This document shows positions 46,782 to 58,300 of a stretch of DNA of 64,000 bases, piece by piece. The stretch lies in assembly GCA_016124515.1 (NCBI GenBank), contig WGNN01000037.1:13171-77170 (forward strand). Reading direction: 5' to 3'. The stretch comes from a bacterium. Its GTDB lineage: Bacteria > Bacteroidota > Bacteroidia > CAILMK01 > JACPUW01. Positions within the stretch are counted from its first letter, which is position 1, and every line of letters begins with the position of its first letter. Made by a program: the position numbers and the translations under genes. A model generated the notes under the pieces. The model ran no database searches. It saw only the letters and a list, made by a program, of their open reading frames with translations, and was not told the DNA's origin.

Positions 46782-47240
46782 TTATGCTGGTTGGAGTAAA
46801 AGGCTTTGTAGCGTGAGAAAAAAAGGATTATTCATCAGCAACAAATCATTGCATAAGAGTGCAAGCTTGTCTTTTTGATGATGGATGACCTTGTGAACGT
46901 ATTTTGGGTCATTCTCAGAGAAATAATCGCCCAATTGCTTGCTCGATTTTTTTACCGCCTTTTGTAACCAAAATTCGAGATTTGGGCAAAGTGCAATGAC
47001 TTTGTTTTGGTTTGTGTCAATTAAGAGGCGCAGATCATGAAGTTCACTCTCAAGCCTCATGCCTTGTAAGTGAGTAGGTTGCACTTGAAATGGATCTTCG
47101 TCAATCATCGCAATTTGATGTGACAGCTTTTTGATTTTGGCCATTACCCTCCCTTTATCGTTATGGTGGCTGATAGCCTTTCTTTCAATGCCAAAACACT
47201 TTAATATATGTTCGTCTGCAAAACATTCAACATGGTACAT
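46782..47240 (-). CDS. Small Toprim-like protein (DUF4276/DUF4435/RloB-like class), partner of the upstream ATPase
   Basis: From ATG 47240: MYHVECFADEHILKCFGI...GRVMAKI...IAMIDEDP shows the Toprim pattern of a conserved Glu near the N-terminus followed by DxD. It starts 1 nt after the ATPase stop. Confidence 0.5.
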   Translation of the reverse strand: MYHVECFADEHILKCFGIERKAISHHNDKGRVMAKIKKLSHQIAMIDEDPFQVQPTHLQGMRLESELHDLRLLIDTNQNKVIALCPNLEFWLQKAVKKSSKQLGDYFSENDPKYVHKVIHHQKDKLALLCNDLLLMNNPFFLTLQSLLLQPA

Positions 47241-47241
47241 T

Positions 47242-48219
47242 TTATCCCAATTTTTCAAATTCATAAAAAATATCGGAGCCCATTTCCAATAAATCTCCGT
47301 AGGTATCTGAATTCAAGACTGTTGTTTTTGTCTCAAAATCAATCATTTCAGTTTTAATGATGTTCAAATCATCCTTTTTTGTTTTTTCAATTAAACTCAT
47401 CAACAAATAGGGGTTATGAGTAGAAATGAAATATTGGTTTCTATTGTCCATACCTATCATTTCTGCAACCATTTTTGTATAGAAAGGAAAAGTATTCGCC
47501 TCAGGTTCATCAAAAATCAAAATAGAATTTTCATTACTTTCTATAGCCAATAGCATAAAGGCGTATCGCCGAAGGGTTTCTGAAGTGGTATGGTAGGGAT
47601 AGGAAAGCAATTCATCATTAAAATCCTTCACAATTTCAATTTCCTGAGTTACCGGTTTTAACACCAATCGCAAGCCCTTGGCATTATAAATATCAGCAAC
47701 AATTTTCTTGAATTTAGTATTTCCCAAAAGCAAAGTGGGTAGGTTTTGACCAAAAGGCGGGCTTAAAAAAGGCCGGTGGTCATTATTAAAACCATTTAGA
47801 TTTTTGTATTGGTAGAATTTGAAATTCGTATCAAATAAGTGCGACGCCTCACCGATAGTTATATTGCTGTTGAAATAAGCTGTAGATAGCTCATCACTAC
47901 CTCTAAAATACTGTATTTCAAACGAAGTCATAGAATTTGGCTTCCGCTGAATTTTAAAAGACAATACATCATTCATGACCGAAATGGGTTCATTGAAATT
48001 AGAATCAAATGCCAAATTTCCAATGTCCTTTCCCCTCACAATTTCTGAAAGATATTCAGGTGCATTGATTGATAAAAAGTACAATGACTCCAAAATATTG
48101 GATTTACCCGAATTGGGCTCGCCAATAAAAACATTGACCCTTTTGGTAGGAAACTCCACCTTTTTTACAGACTTAAAATTCTTGATCTCAAGTCGCGACA
48201 TGAAATGTTTGTCTTCCAT
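47242..48219 (-). CDS. ABC/SMC-type AAA ATPase (AAA_15/AAA_21-like)
   Basis: RLEIKNFKSVKKVEF...FIGEPNSGKSNILESL (Walker A), SETLRR (signature-like), ILIFDEPEANTFP (Walker B), FISTHNPYLL (H-loop). 325 aa. Confidence 0.75.
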   Translation of the reverse strand: MEDKHFMSRLEIKNFKSVKKVEFPTKRVNVFIGEPNSGKSNILESLYFLSINAPEYLSEIVRGKDIGNLAFDSNFNEPISVMNDVLSFKIQRKPNSMTSFEIQYFRGSDELSTAYFNSNITIGEASHLFDTNFKFYQYKNLNGFNNDHRPFLSPPFGQNLPTLLLGNTKFKKIVADIYNAKGLRLVLKPVTQEIEIVKDFNDELLSYPYHTTSETLRRYAFMLLAIESNENSILIFDEPEANTFPFYTKMVAEMIGMDNRNQYFISTHNPYLLMSLIEKTKKDDLNIIKTEMIDFETKTTVLNSDTYGDLLEMGSDIFYEFEKLG

Positions 48220-48287
48220 AAAATCAAATATATTGAAACTATATAGAACCCGCTTATTAAATCAAAAGCAAGGCTCTGGTTCTAAAC

Positions 48288-49541
48288 CTACCCTCTACAC
48301 AACTCCAAAATTGTAATCTCGGGCAATATGCCGAGCCTGCCGGGAAAGCCCAGGTAGCCAAAACCGCGGTTCACGTAAAGGTATTGATCATTTTCTTGGT
48401 ACAAGTCGGCCCATTCTTCGTACATCATACTCACCGGACTCCAGCGGTAGTTGCCGGTTTCTATACCAAACTGTGCGCCGTGTGTGTGGCCGGCCAGCAT
48501 GAGGTCTATATCGCCAAATTGGGGCAAAACTTGCGCGCGCCAGTGGCTTGGGTCGTGAGACAACAAGAGTTTTACCGCCGCATCTTCTGTACCCTGCACT
48601 GCTTTTGCCAGGTTGCCATGCTTGGGAAAACGCGCCTTGGCACTCCAGTTTTGTATGCCAATCACCGCCAGTTTATCACCGCTTTCGCTAAAAATAACGT
48701 TTTCATCCATTAAAGGCTTCCAGCCCATGTTGCGCTCTATTTGCAACAAGTCTTGCAGGTTTTTTCTTTTGGCAGCTTCGCTTTCCCAATGCACATAGTC
48801 GCCGTAGTCGTGATTTCCCAAAGTTGAAAAAACCCCCATGGGTGCTTTCAGTTTGTTGAAAACCTCTCCATAATCGCGCATTTCGGTGGCCCGGTCATTT
48901 ACCAAATCGCCGGTAAAAAATATCATATCGGGTTTTTGAGTCAGCAGCATTTCTACCCCGCCCTGCACTGCGCGTTTGTTCCAAAAACTGCCTGAGTGTA
49001 TGTCAGAAAGTTGGGCTATTCGCAACCCTTCAAACGAAGATGGCAGGTTTTTTATAGGAATTTTTCTATGCCTGACCCTATAGTCGTGTGCGCCACTCAA
49101 CACACTGTAGCTGCCCGCCACTATGGGTATAGCTGCTGCCACCATGCCGGCCTGCGCTATAAACTCCCCTCGCGATATGCCATTTTTTGTTTCGGTAACA
49201 TTATTTTCGGGTTTATCAAATAATGAAGCCACCCACTTGCCCAGTCGTACCACATCATCGATAAAAGCAAAAAGGGCTAAAAATAACTTGGGCAGAATAA
49301 CTATAATAGTAAGTGCCTGAAAAAAAGCCCTTAGCCAGCGGGGCGTGTACATAAAAGCTCCTGTGGTAAACATGAGCAAACCACTTATCAAGAGTACACT
49401 ACTGGTCCAGAAACCTATAATAACCGCTCTGCTCCAAAACTGCGAATAGGAGGCTGCGGCATGTTTGACCAACTGAAAGGCATAAATATCGAGAATGAGG
49501 TAAATTACAATTAGAACAATAACGATTGACATGCGTCGCAT
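48288..49541 (-). CDS. Membrane-anchored metallophosphoesterase (YkuE-like)
   Basis: Four to five N-terminal TM helices, then motifs RIAQLSDIHSG, FTGDLVND, GNHDYG, GHTHG. Confidence 0.8.
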   Translation of the reverse strand: MRRMSIVIVLIVIYLILDIYAFQLVKHAAASYSQFWSRAVIIGFWTSSVLLISGLLMFTTGAFMYTPRWLRAFFQALTIIVILPKLFLALFAFIDDVVRLGKWVASLFDKPENNVTETKNGISRGEFIAQAGMVAAAIPIVAGSYSVLSGAHDYRVRHRKIPIKNLPSSFEGLRIAQLSDIHSGSFWNKRAVQGGVEMLLTQKPDMIFFTGDLVNDRATEMRDYGEVFNKLKAPMGVFSTLGNHDYGDYVHWESEAAKRKNLQDLLQIERNMGWKPLMDENVIFSESGDKLAVIGIQNWSAKARFPKHGNLAKAVQGTEDAAVKLLLSHDPSHWRAQVLPQFGDIDLMLAGHTHGAQFGIETGNYRWSPVSMMYEEWADLYQENDQYLYVNRGFGYLGFPGRLGILPEITILELCRG

Positions 49542-49982
49542 AAACTATTTGAATAAAGGGCTCAAAACTTGGCCTTTTTGTTTACAAATTGAGTTAAGAA
49601 TTGCAAATGTTTGCCTCTGTTTCTTTAGCCGGATTACCAAACTAAAGTTTCATGGTTTTAAATGCATCTTATATTTAGGTCCTTAAGCGAATTCACCGCG
49701 TTTGTATTATTGCCCAATAACAACATGATAGGGAGACTAAATGGGATTTTGACTTGAATTATTATTTTCCAAAGTCAAATTCGAAGCTTACCCTCTGAAA
49801 GTTGTGCTCATTGCTCCTTTCTTGTACTTTTTGCTTGACCAAAAAGTACCAAAAAGTCAAGGCTTGTTTTCTTTTCTTAACGCTCCGAAACAACCGAAAT
49901 TCCTGAACAAAAAAAAAACTCGCCGCCACTTGTTGTGTTGCAAATCGCATTTTTAGCTTATCCAAAGCTTGAACTTTTTGTT

Positions 49983-50012
49983 GCTGTATAAAGGCTCATA
50001 CAGCTTTTTTTT
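49983..50012 (+). terminator. Orphan intrinsic-terminator-like hairpin + T8
   Basis: GCTGTAT-aaaggctc-ATACAGC is followed by TTTTTTTT. There is no plus-strand ORF upstream within the 0.9-kb spacer. Confidence 0.45.
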
Positions 50013-50454
50013 CCGGGCGGAATTTCAATTATTTCTCCGCTAAAAAGAAAAAGAGGCGTCCCAATTGTTCAAAAAGAAGCCCCCTAACTGAAGGAATAAG
50101 GGAATTCAGAGCATCTATCAATCCAGAAGCTAAACACATTTGATTTACTTATATCAGCGTCTAGTTAGACAAACTGTAGCTTCCCTGAAACTACAGTTAC
50201 CTAAAAAAACCACCAAAAGGCGGTTTCATTGGTTTATTGCGCAAAAAATGGTAACATCGTACATAGAGTCTGCATAAGAAGGTCAATTATTTGGTTGCCA
50301 TCGTATTTTTTTTGAAGTGGGTAATGTGCCGGCGCCAACTCCCCACATTCAGCACTTGGCAGCATGGTTATTGGTTGTTTCGTATCAGACACTGCGTTTT
50401 CTTGTAAGCATTATATTGATTTTAATGTCATCATTTTTAAAAAATTAACGACGA

Positions 50455-53400
50455 ATGAAGTGGGCAATATTTCTTACAACGCTCTGCTTTTTGTGGTCTT
50501 CGGCACTTTGGGCGCAACCGGCCAACGACAATTGGAAAAATGCCTTGCATATAAAATTGGGCGATAAAGGATTGACCGATGGTCTTTATATTTCAAAAAA
50601 AATCAAATTGCAGGGTGCAAGTACCGAAAGCGGCGAGAACATTAGCCAAAACATGACTTTTACCGGGCTCAATAACAAAACGGTGTGGTTTGTTTTTACC
50701 ACTAAGGCACACAAAGACATTGAAATAAGCCTGAAACAACACGACGGCAGCATGAATGTGCACCAAGCCGGAATGACCGTGTATAGCAACAGTGCCAAAG
50801 TGCCCGCCAGTACAAGCGATGCGGGTTTTCCGGCCATTACGCAGTTTGGTACCATTAAAAAAAGCTGTGTAGCAGCCGGCACTTATTATGTGCAGGTTTG
50901 TGCTGACAAAAACGCTACAGACAGTATTTGGCTCACTATAAAGTTGAGCTCGCCCAATGTAGCAGGCAACACCCCACAACAAGCAATTGATGCTTCCAAG
51001 GTGCCTTCCGATTTTTTTGATAATCCCTGCTTTTCATTATCCGGCTTGTATGAATTGGATTTATATAGCCCCCGGTTATTTAATAAATCGGCATACTTGT
51101 ATTTTTCAACACCCACAGTCATCGAAAAATCGAATTTGACATTTACGGGCAACCGCTTTACGGCCATCATATATAAAGGTACACCAAGCGACCCCGCCCA
51201 ATGGGTAAAAGCATTTGAACTGTACAACCCCGGCAACACAAAATCGCTGAATAAAACGGGAGACTGCCACCACAAAGCCTTTGAACCCGACGCCGATTAT
51301 GTCATAAAAGTGCTCTTTCACGATTCAAGCCATGTTTTTACAAGCGGACCTGAGTTTGTAGGCAGTGTTGCGGCCAAGTTGTACAACCCCGCCCTAAAAG
51401 CCACACAACTCGGCAACATAAGCGCAACAAAAACCATTACCACTATTTCGGCCAAGGATGTGGTTGACTGCAATTCCAATGGTGCAAGTTATATATGCAG
51501 TAAATTTACCCACCTCATTAGCGATACGATTTATTATAATAATGGCCAACCGGTTTTAGATACTATGAATTTCGGATCGTGGCTATCCTTTACCCTCACC
51601 CAAGCCGCACAATTCACTTATCAATACAGTGGTGTGCCTTACAAAAACGGCCTTGTACCACGCCTGCAGGCTTTTCTTTTCACCGGTGATTATACATCGG
51701 GGCTGTGCCAATCGTCTCCCTTACCCATTTCATCGGGCTATACAGATTGCCTTCCCGCGGGAACCTATACCATCTTCAACGGATTGTATAAAAATAATAA
51801 AACAGCCGACGACATTCCGGTTTTAACAGGCCGGTCGCTTAATTTTACCATTAAAGTAGTGGCCAACCCCGGCGTTGCAGGAAATCCGGCTTTGTACTAC
51901 AACCCTTTGTTGCCCTGCAAGTTGCTCAATTTCTGCTACGCCAAACCCTACGACAAAAGAACCACCCCAACCGATTGGCTCAACGGGCCACTGGATACCC
52001 ATGCTATTGATGGAGATACTTTCATTGGGCATTTTAGTTTTACTACCATTTCGCTGGCGCAAAAAGCCTTTGTGAAAATATGGCCAAATGGTGGTTATGA
52101 CGAAAGTTACCACCTTTTCAGAGGCGATTGCAGCCAAGGACTTGCCACACTAAAAGATAATGTAAACAGACTAATAGGCCATAAAGAAACGGAACCCACC
52201 TACAATTTGGTAATGCTTGACAAAGGAACCTACACCCTGATGAGCGACAGACAACCCGGCACAGCCTGTGTAAAACCCGAACACCACAATGCGCAATACA
52301 CGGTATTGGCCACCACGCAGCACGACAAAAGGCCTCCTGAACCTTGTGATGCAGCGTATTACCATGCCAAATCGCCCGGCTTGCTAAACTTTGGCAAGGT
52401 GCTGCATTGGAACAGCAAGCCTACAAATGGTTTCAGCAGGTTTGCACTGCCTATAACCTGCACCGATAGTGTAAATAATAAGGGCGTGTATAATATGTAC
52501 AACGCCCAAAAATATATTCATGGTAAAACCAACAAGGTTTTGTATTATGAATTTGAACTTGGTGAGCTCTCCACCGTACAATTTAGAATAAACAATCCCA
52601 TTCAAATAATAAAAGGCAGTTTGCAAGCGGATTCAACCTTGTGCAAAAACCCCGAAAATGTATTTATTGAATACACATCAGGTAAAAATGAGGTATGTAA
52701 AATGCCGCCGGGTAAGTACACCGTGGTAGTAGTACTTGTGTCAGATGGCATTGGAGGCTATTTGGATGTGGTTCGGTTTGTACAAGCAAGCAATTATTAT
52801 ATGAAAAGGAGCTTGGACATGGGTATTTTGAGTGCAACAAATAAAAATTTGAGCGACTCGGGTTTTATGAATTGCGTGGTTAACGCCCACGCAGACCCGC
52901 CTGAGTTGTGGTACACTTTCAGGGTGGTGGGTTATGGTTCTTTTCAAGTAAGTCAAGACAATGCTAAAAAAAGCAATACCTCCTTCCCAAATTTCATGAC
53001 CGTGCCCGAGGCAGGCGGTATGGAATTCGCTGATTTGAAAAAAACCAACTTGCTTGATTCTACTTGGGCACCGGGCACCACTTACCCCGAACGTTCGTAC
53101 ATTTCTTATCAGGTTTATCTGCATGCAAGCAACGATACCATGCGCTATTTTTTGAAAGTTAACCCCATCCAAAACTATGAAAGCCAACCCTTTGCCATCA
53201 ACATAAGCTTTACACCCGAAACCGAAGGAACCACCAATGGCGACTATTGCAGCAATGCCATTACCGACACATTGAATGGCACAGGAAAAATAACCCTAAA
53301 AGTAAATGCATCGCGACATACAGCCGGCGAAGGAGTGTATGAAGACAGCCGTGCATGGATGTGCAATCGCAATGTTTTTGATACACGGAGCTATAAAACC

Positions 53401-55311
53401 ACTTGGTACAAACTGAGCCTTATGCACAATGCGGGTAATAAACTGAGTATTAGACCCAATGGAGTAGGCTTGGTAGAAACCAAAATGTATTATGGAAACT
53501 GCGATGCGCTTACCCCGCAAAGTTGCATCTCATCCAACGGAACTGTAATATTTGATTGTGTAGGCGATGGCGATTTGTACTTTCAGGTAATAACCCAACG
53601 TACCGCCTGGGGAGTTGTATCCATTGATTTTGAAGCCATTGCCGACACAGCCACCTGCCTCGGCTTTGATATGAACAAGCCCCGCGCCAATTTTGTAGGA
53701 AGCGTATTTTGCGGTATGGAACAAGCAAAGGTTAGAAACTTATCAACCCGTGGCAGCGCTATTGATTATATATGGACCATAAACCATAAAGACACAAGCC
53801 ACCGACTGGAACCTGATATTATGATAATTCCGTCAAAAAACCTGGTGGACACGGTGGCTATAAGTCTAAAGGTAACAAACAAAAGCAACGGGCTCAGCGA
53901 CAGCACCTCAGGCTATGTTTATGTTGTAAAAGAAAGCAGCAAGATTCTGTTAGACACCACATTGTGTGCCGACTCGCTGGTATATACCCTGAAACCCTAC
54001 CGACCCGATTTTTACTCTTATTCTGTAATAAACCGGCTGGGGCAATATTTAGTGAGTAACGGCGATACTTTTCCCGATTTCATTTTTGAGAAAATAAATG
54101 ATCCAAAAATTGTTTTTTATCCCTCGTACAGACCAAAATCTACCTATACTATTTATAGGTCGGCCTTGGGCTGTGGGTTTAGAGATACCGTGTACGCCGA
54201 TTACCTAGGCCAACACCTGGGAAACTACGAAGGTTTGGTGTGCAACTACTTGCCCGACACGCTATTTATAATAAAACCCAAGTGGGCACAAAGCATTACC
54301 TGGTGCGATGGCGACACCAACTGGACCAAAGTTTTTACCCACCGAGATACTTGTAGTATTTCGGTAAAAAGTAAAAAATGCACGATAAAGCAAACCATTC
54401 ACATTAAGGAATTTACACGACCTGTATATAGCATTTCAGATACCATTTGTGTAGGTGATGCGATCCACTTTGTTGACTTGAACAAGCAATTTGTATTGAG
54501 CCAAATAAATGATACCAACGCCACAAAATACAAGGCCACGGCAAGCGATAGTGTGCTGCGAACCACCTGGAAAGCTAATGGCGGATACAATTGCGTGGTG
54601 CGTGATACCAATATTTTGCACAATTTCTACAGCTACCGCTCTAAACTGCACGACACGGTTTTGTGCAACGACATGCCCATTGACATAAATGCCGGCAATT
54701 ACCGTCTCAACTGCCTGTGGAACCAACAAATTGCCAAACGGGTGCTCACTATAAGCAGCGAAGGTTTGTACCGATTGCAGGCATCAAAAGGCGCTTGTGT
54801 ATATTATGATTCGTTCTATGTATCGGCTGTTTATAATAAGATACGCGATATACACGACACCCTTATTTGCGACTTGAACACACCAATTCAGGTAAAAATG
54901 TACCAACCCGGCTCCTACTTGTGGAGCACCGGCGACCAAGGCAATCAACTTAACCTAAGCGATACAGGACAGTATTGGGTGATGCGACAGGAAAAATGGT
55001 GCAACGCAGTTGATACTTTTATTATAAAAGCCGATTGTCCGCCTCAGTTGTATGTTCCCAACGCCTTTAGCCCTAATGGCGATGCAGTAAACCCTGTGTT
55101 TCTGGCCAAAGGCTATCAGATTGACAGTTTTGAAATGTGGATTTTTGCCCGAAATGGACAACTTGTTTTTTATTCGTACCAACTAGACAAAGGCTGGGAC
55201 GGTATGGTAAATGGTGAGCCTGCCGACTTGGGGACCTATTTTTACCTGATAAAATACCGCATAGCCGGCGAGGATAAAATGCAAAGCGGCGACTTGTATT
55301 TGATTAAATAG
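50455..55311 (+). CDS. Giant secreted protein, paralog 1 (PPC-like N-domain, PKD-like domain, Cys-containing beta repeats, T9SS type-B/CHU_C sorting domain)
   Basis: 1618 aa. Signal peptide ends in WAQPANDNWKNA. Second GDYCSNAI module near 53.24 kb. C-terminal VPNAFSPNGDAVNPVFLAKG...GWDGMVNGEPADLGTYFYLIKY is the gliding-motility-associated C-terminal domain. Confidence 0.85.
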   Translation: MKWAIFLTTLCFLWSSALWAQPANDNWKNALHIKLGDKGLTDGLYISKKIKLQGASTESGENISQNMTFTGLNNKTVWFVFTTKAHKDIEISLKQHDGSMNVHQAGMTVYSNSAKVPASTSDAGFPAITQFGTIKKSCVAAGTYYVQVCADKNATDSIWLTIKLSSPNVAGNTPQQAIDASKVPSDFFDNPCFSLSGLYELDLYSPRLFNKSAYLYFSTPTVIEKSNLTFTGNRFTAIIYKGTPSDPAQWVKAFELYNPGNTKSLNKTGDCHHKAFEPDADYVIKVLFHDSSHVFTSGPEFVGSVAAKLYNPALKATQLGNISATKTITTISAKDVVDCNSNGASYICSKFTHLISDTIYYNNGQPVLDTMNFGSWLSFTLTQAAQFTYQYSGVPYKNGLVPRLQAFLFTGDYTSGLCQSSPLPISSGYTDCLPAGTYTIFNGLYKNNKTADDIPVLTGRSLNFTIKVVANPGVAGNPALYYNPLLPCKLLNFCYAKPYDKRTTPTDWLNGPLDTHAIDGDTFIGHFSFTTISLAQKAFVKIWPNGGYDESYHLFRGDCSQGLATLKDNVNRLIGHKETEPTYNLVMLDKGTYTLMSDRQPGTACVKPEHHNAQYTVLATTQHDKRPPEPCDAAYYHAKSPGLLNFGKVLHWNSKPTNGFSRFALPITCTDSVNNKGVYNMYNAQKYIHGKTNKVLYYEFELGELSTVQFRINNPIQIIKGSLQADSTLCKNPENVFIEYTSGKNEVCKMPPGKYTVVVVLVSDGIGGYLDVVRFVQASNYYMKRSLDMGILSATNKNLSDSGFMNCVVNAHADPPELWYTFRVVGYGSFQVSQDNAKKSNTSFPNFMTVPEAGGMEFADLKKTNLLDSTWAPGTTYPERSYISYQVYLHASNDTMRYFLKVNPIQNYESQPFAINISFTPETEGTTNGDYCSNAITDTLNGTGKITLKVNASRHTAGEGVYEDSRAWMCNRNVFDTRSYKTTWYKLSLMHNAGNKLSIRPNGVGLVETKMYYGNCDALTPQSCISSNGTVIFDCVGDGDLYFQVITQRTAWGVVSIDFEAIADTATCLGFDMNKPRANFVGSVFCGMEQAKVRNLSTRGSAIDYIWTINHKDTSHRLEPDIMIIPSKNLVDTVAISLKVTNKSNGLSDSTSGYVYVVKESSKILLDTTLCADSLVYTLKPYRPDFYSYSVINRLGQYLVSNGDTFPDFIFEKINDPKIVFYPSYRPKSTYTIYRSALGCGFRDTVYADYLGQHLGNYEGLVCNYLPDTLFIIKPKWAQSITWCDGDTNWTKVFTHRDTCSISVKSKKCTIKQTIHIKEFTRPVYSISDTICVGDAIHFVDLNKQFVLSQINDTNATKYKATASDSVLRTTWKANGGYNCVVRDTNILHNFYSYRSKLHDTVLCNDMPIDINAGNYRLNCLWNQQIAKRVLTISSEGLYRLQASKGACVYYDSFYVSAVYNKIRDIHDTLICDLNTPIQVKMYQPGSYLWSTGDQGNQLNLSDTGQYWVMRQEKWCNAVDTFIIKADCPPQLYVPNAFSPNGDAVNPVFLAKGYQIDSFEMWIFARNGQLVFYSYQLDKGWDGMVNGEPADLGTYFYLIKYRIAGEDKMQSGDLYLIK

Positions 55312-55389
55312 TACAACCGCATATCTTACCAGTCTGAATTGCCACAAATGGTCAGGTCTGATAGCGGTTTTTAATTACCATTGCACAAA

Positions 55390-58300
55390 ATGAAGTGGTT
55401 TTTTCCCATATTCCTAATGCTTTTGTGTGCACAAGCGCTTGCGCAGCCTGCCAACGACAACTGGAAAAACGCCATTGAAATTGAAGTAAAAGATAATGGG
55501 TTTTTTGTGGGCAGCACGCGTTCGGTAGTAAGCAGTATGCGCGATGCAAGTGTCGAAAAAAATGAAATCTTTCACCGCTCTGTAACGGTACTCGGACTCG
55601 ATCAAAAAACGGTTTGGTACAAATTTACCATAGCCACCACCCGCCAAACCGAGGTGGTTTTGCGGCAGCGCGATACATTGATTCCTGCGCGCGATGCAGG
55701 TTTCACTGTTTATAACAAAACGAATCACATACCCGGCAAAGAGTTGATTGCCTACGACCTGCCCACCATTACACAGTTTGGGTCAAGTAGCAACAACTGC
55801 CTGCAAAAAGGCACTTACTACATACAAGTTTGCAGCCGCAGCCGCGTAGAAGACAGCCTGTGGATTGAGTTGCATCTGGCACCTTCGGCCACGGCGGGCA
55901 ATACCATAGACAAACCTGTTTATGCCAACGCTCTCAATGCCTCATTTTTTAACAACCCTTGTCTTTCCATTAGTAATAAATCAGAATTAAGACCATTCAG
56001 CGATTCAAGTTTTTCAAAAAGTGTGTACCTCAATTTTACGAGCCCATCTTATATTAGCAAGGCCAATTTTAGCTTTACCGCCAGAAAGTTTGCCTTTTGG
56101 CTGTACAAAGGCGATATAAGCGACTCAAGCACTTGGCAGCTTCTCGACAGCACCTCGCACTTTGGCAAAAACTCAAAAACCCTTACCAAATATTATTCTT
56201 GTGGTAAAACACTCAACTACAGCGAACTATATTTTATAAAAATTCTATACCGCCCGGATGCGAATATGAATTTTTCGGGCATCATATACAATGGATTGCA
56301 TAGAGCGGTAGGACAAGACCCCAACAGCAGCCAATTGAATTTTGGCAATACCAAAACCTCACCCAATGTATTAACCCGCACGGTTACCGATTATATTTCA
56401 TGTGGTACTGACGGCACCCAATATGTATGTATAAACCTGAATCACTTACTCTTAGACACGGTTGATTATTCGGGTACAAAGGCCATTATAGACACCATGA
56501 CTTTTGGCTCTTGGAGTAATTTTTCCATTGCAAAAAATGCCACATTTAATTTTCAAAGCAATTATGCGCTCTATGATAGCTTGGGTGTGCATAGAAGCCA
56601 AAGTTGGCTGTTCAAGGGTTATTACAACGACCCGGGGTTTTGCAAGCAAAAACCCACAGCGCTATACAACCACTACAAAAACTGTCTTGCTCCGGGCAAA
56701 TACACCATTTTTACCGGTACTTACGGCAATATGCTCTCGGCTACCGACACCATTTACAACCAACAAATGGGCGAAACAGTGCAGTACAGCTACAGTTTGC
56801 AAAGTCTTGAAGGCGATAGCGGACCGCCCGCCTTGTATGCCGACCCGCGATATCCGGTAAAAATCAGGGGCCTTTTATTCAACAAAAACAAAGAAACCCG
56901 AACGCTGCCCACCGATTGGCTCAACAGTGGCGATAGCACCACCACCAACATTGCAGGCAACAAGCAGTCGGGTTATTTTAGTTATTATACTTTTACCTTG
57001 GATAGAAAAGGATTTGTGGTGCTGTATAGAATGGCGGGCAATTTCAATTTCCATGTGTATAGCGGCGATTGCACACGGGGAACAAAAAATCTGAAAGATA
57101 ATATTGACCCCTACATTGCACACTACAAGCGAAATGACTTTTATAATATGGTTTCCATTCCTGCCGGCACCTATACCATTGTCTGTCATCGCAATGTCTC
57201 CACGCCATGCGATCCGCCGGTAAATCCATTTGCAAGCTTGCAGTTGAAAGTAGCTTACAACGACGGAAAAATATACAAACCCGACCCGCCAAAGCCCTGC
57301 ACACCACAGTATTGTTTTGCAAAAAACGCAGGAAAAATAAATGGCGGAAATGCGCTAACCCACCGCAATACTGATACTTTCGGCTACACAGCTTATACTT
57401 TCACTTCCGGTTGCCGCCAAAATTTCAGCAACCGCGGAAACCACCATTGGTACAACCGCAAGGCCTACATCAGCCTTCCAAAAGATTTTTATTATTATGA
57501 ATTTGAATTGGCAGAAAAATCATCGGTTTACATACAGGGCGACATGTATTTTCAGGTGCTCAAAGGCAGTATCAGCACCGACTCCACTATAGCACAACAT
57601 GCTGAAAATGTATTGGTTGAATATGCCAATCCACGCTTTAGAACCTGTGCATTGCCTGCGGGCAGCTACAGCATAGTGGTGGCAAGTAGCACCGACTTTT
57701 GGGGACAAATACAAATAACACGCTACCACAAACCCGGCAATGACTTTGCCCGACAAGCGGTGGATTTGGGTATATTATCGCAAACAAATAATGGGCTACA
57801 GGCCAAGGCCACTTATGGTTGCAGTTTTAGCAGCACCGCAACCGACCTCGGCTACCACCCAAATAACCCGCCTAAAAATCAATGGTTTACCTTTAGAAAG
57901 GCAGGCAATGGCTCGCTAAAACTCCTGTTGACCGGTGGCAATCCAACATACTACCTGATGCAGTCGAAGCGAGGTGGTGGATTTGACTTTAAATACCTGC
58001 GTCAGCACCAAATGGTTGACTCATTGTACGCACAAAATTTAATGCTTTTAAAACCAGAAACCGACGGTACTTATTTAATTAACAACAATAATAAAGACAC
58101 TGTGCGGTATTATCTTTTGGTAGCACACAGCAATGCCATTATCGATTTTGGATTGTTCCAGGTTCAGGTAAACTTACTCTCCAACGCAGACCCACATTTT
58201 AGTACCATTGGCGACAGTTGTTCAAACGCTGTATTGGATTCAGTAACAAGCGCGAACACCAAAACAATAAGGCAATGGGTAAACGGACACAGCCTTGGCG

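Noticed and set aside
49762-49965. 67-aa minus-strand ORF in the 0.9-kb spacer
   Set aside because: Its translation is low-complexity and Lys/Phe-rich, spans the hairpin region, and has no start context or motif.
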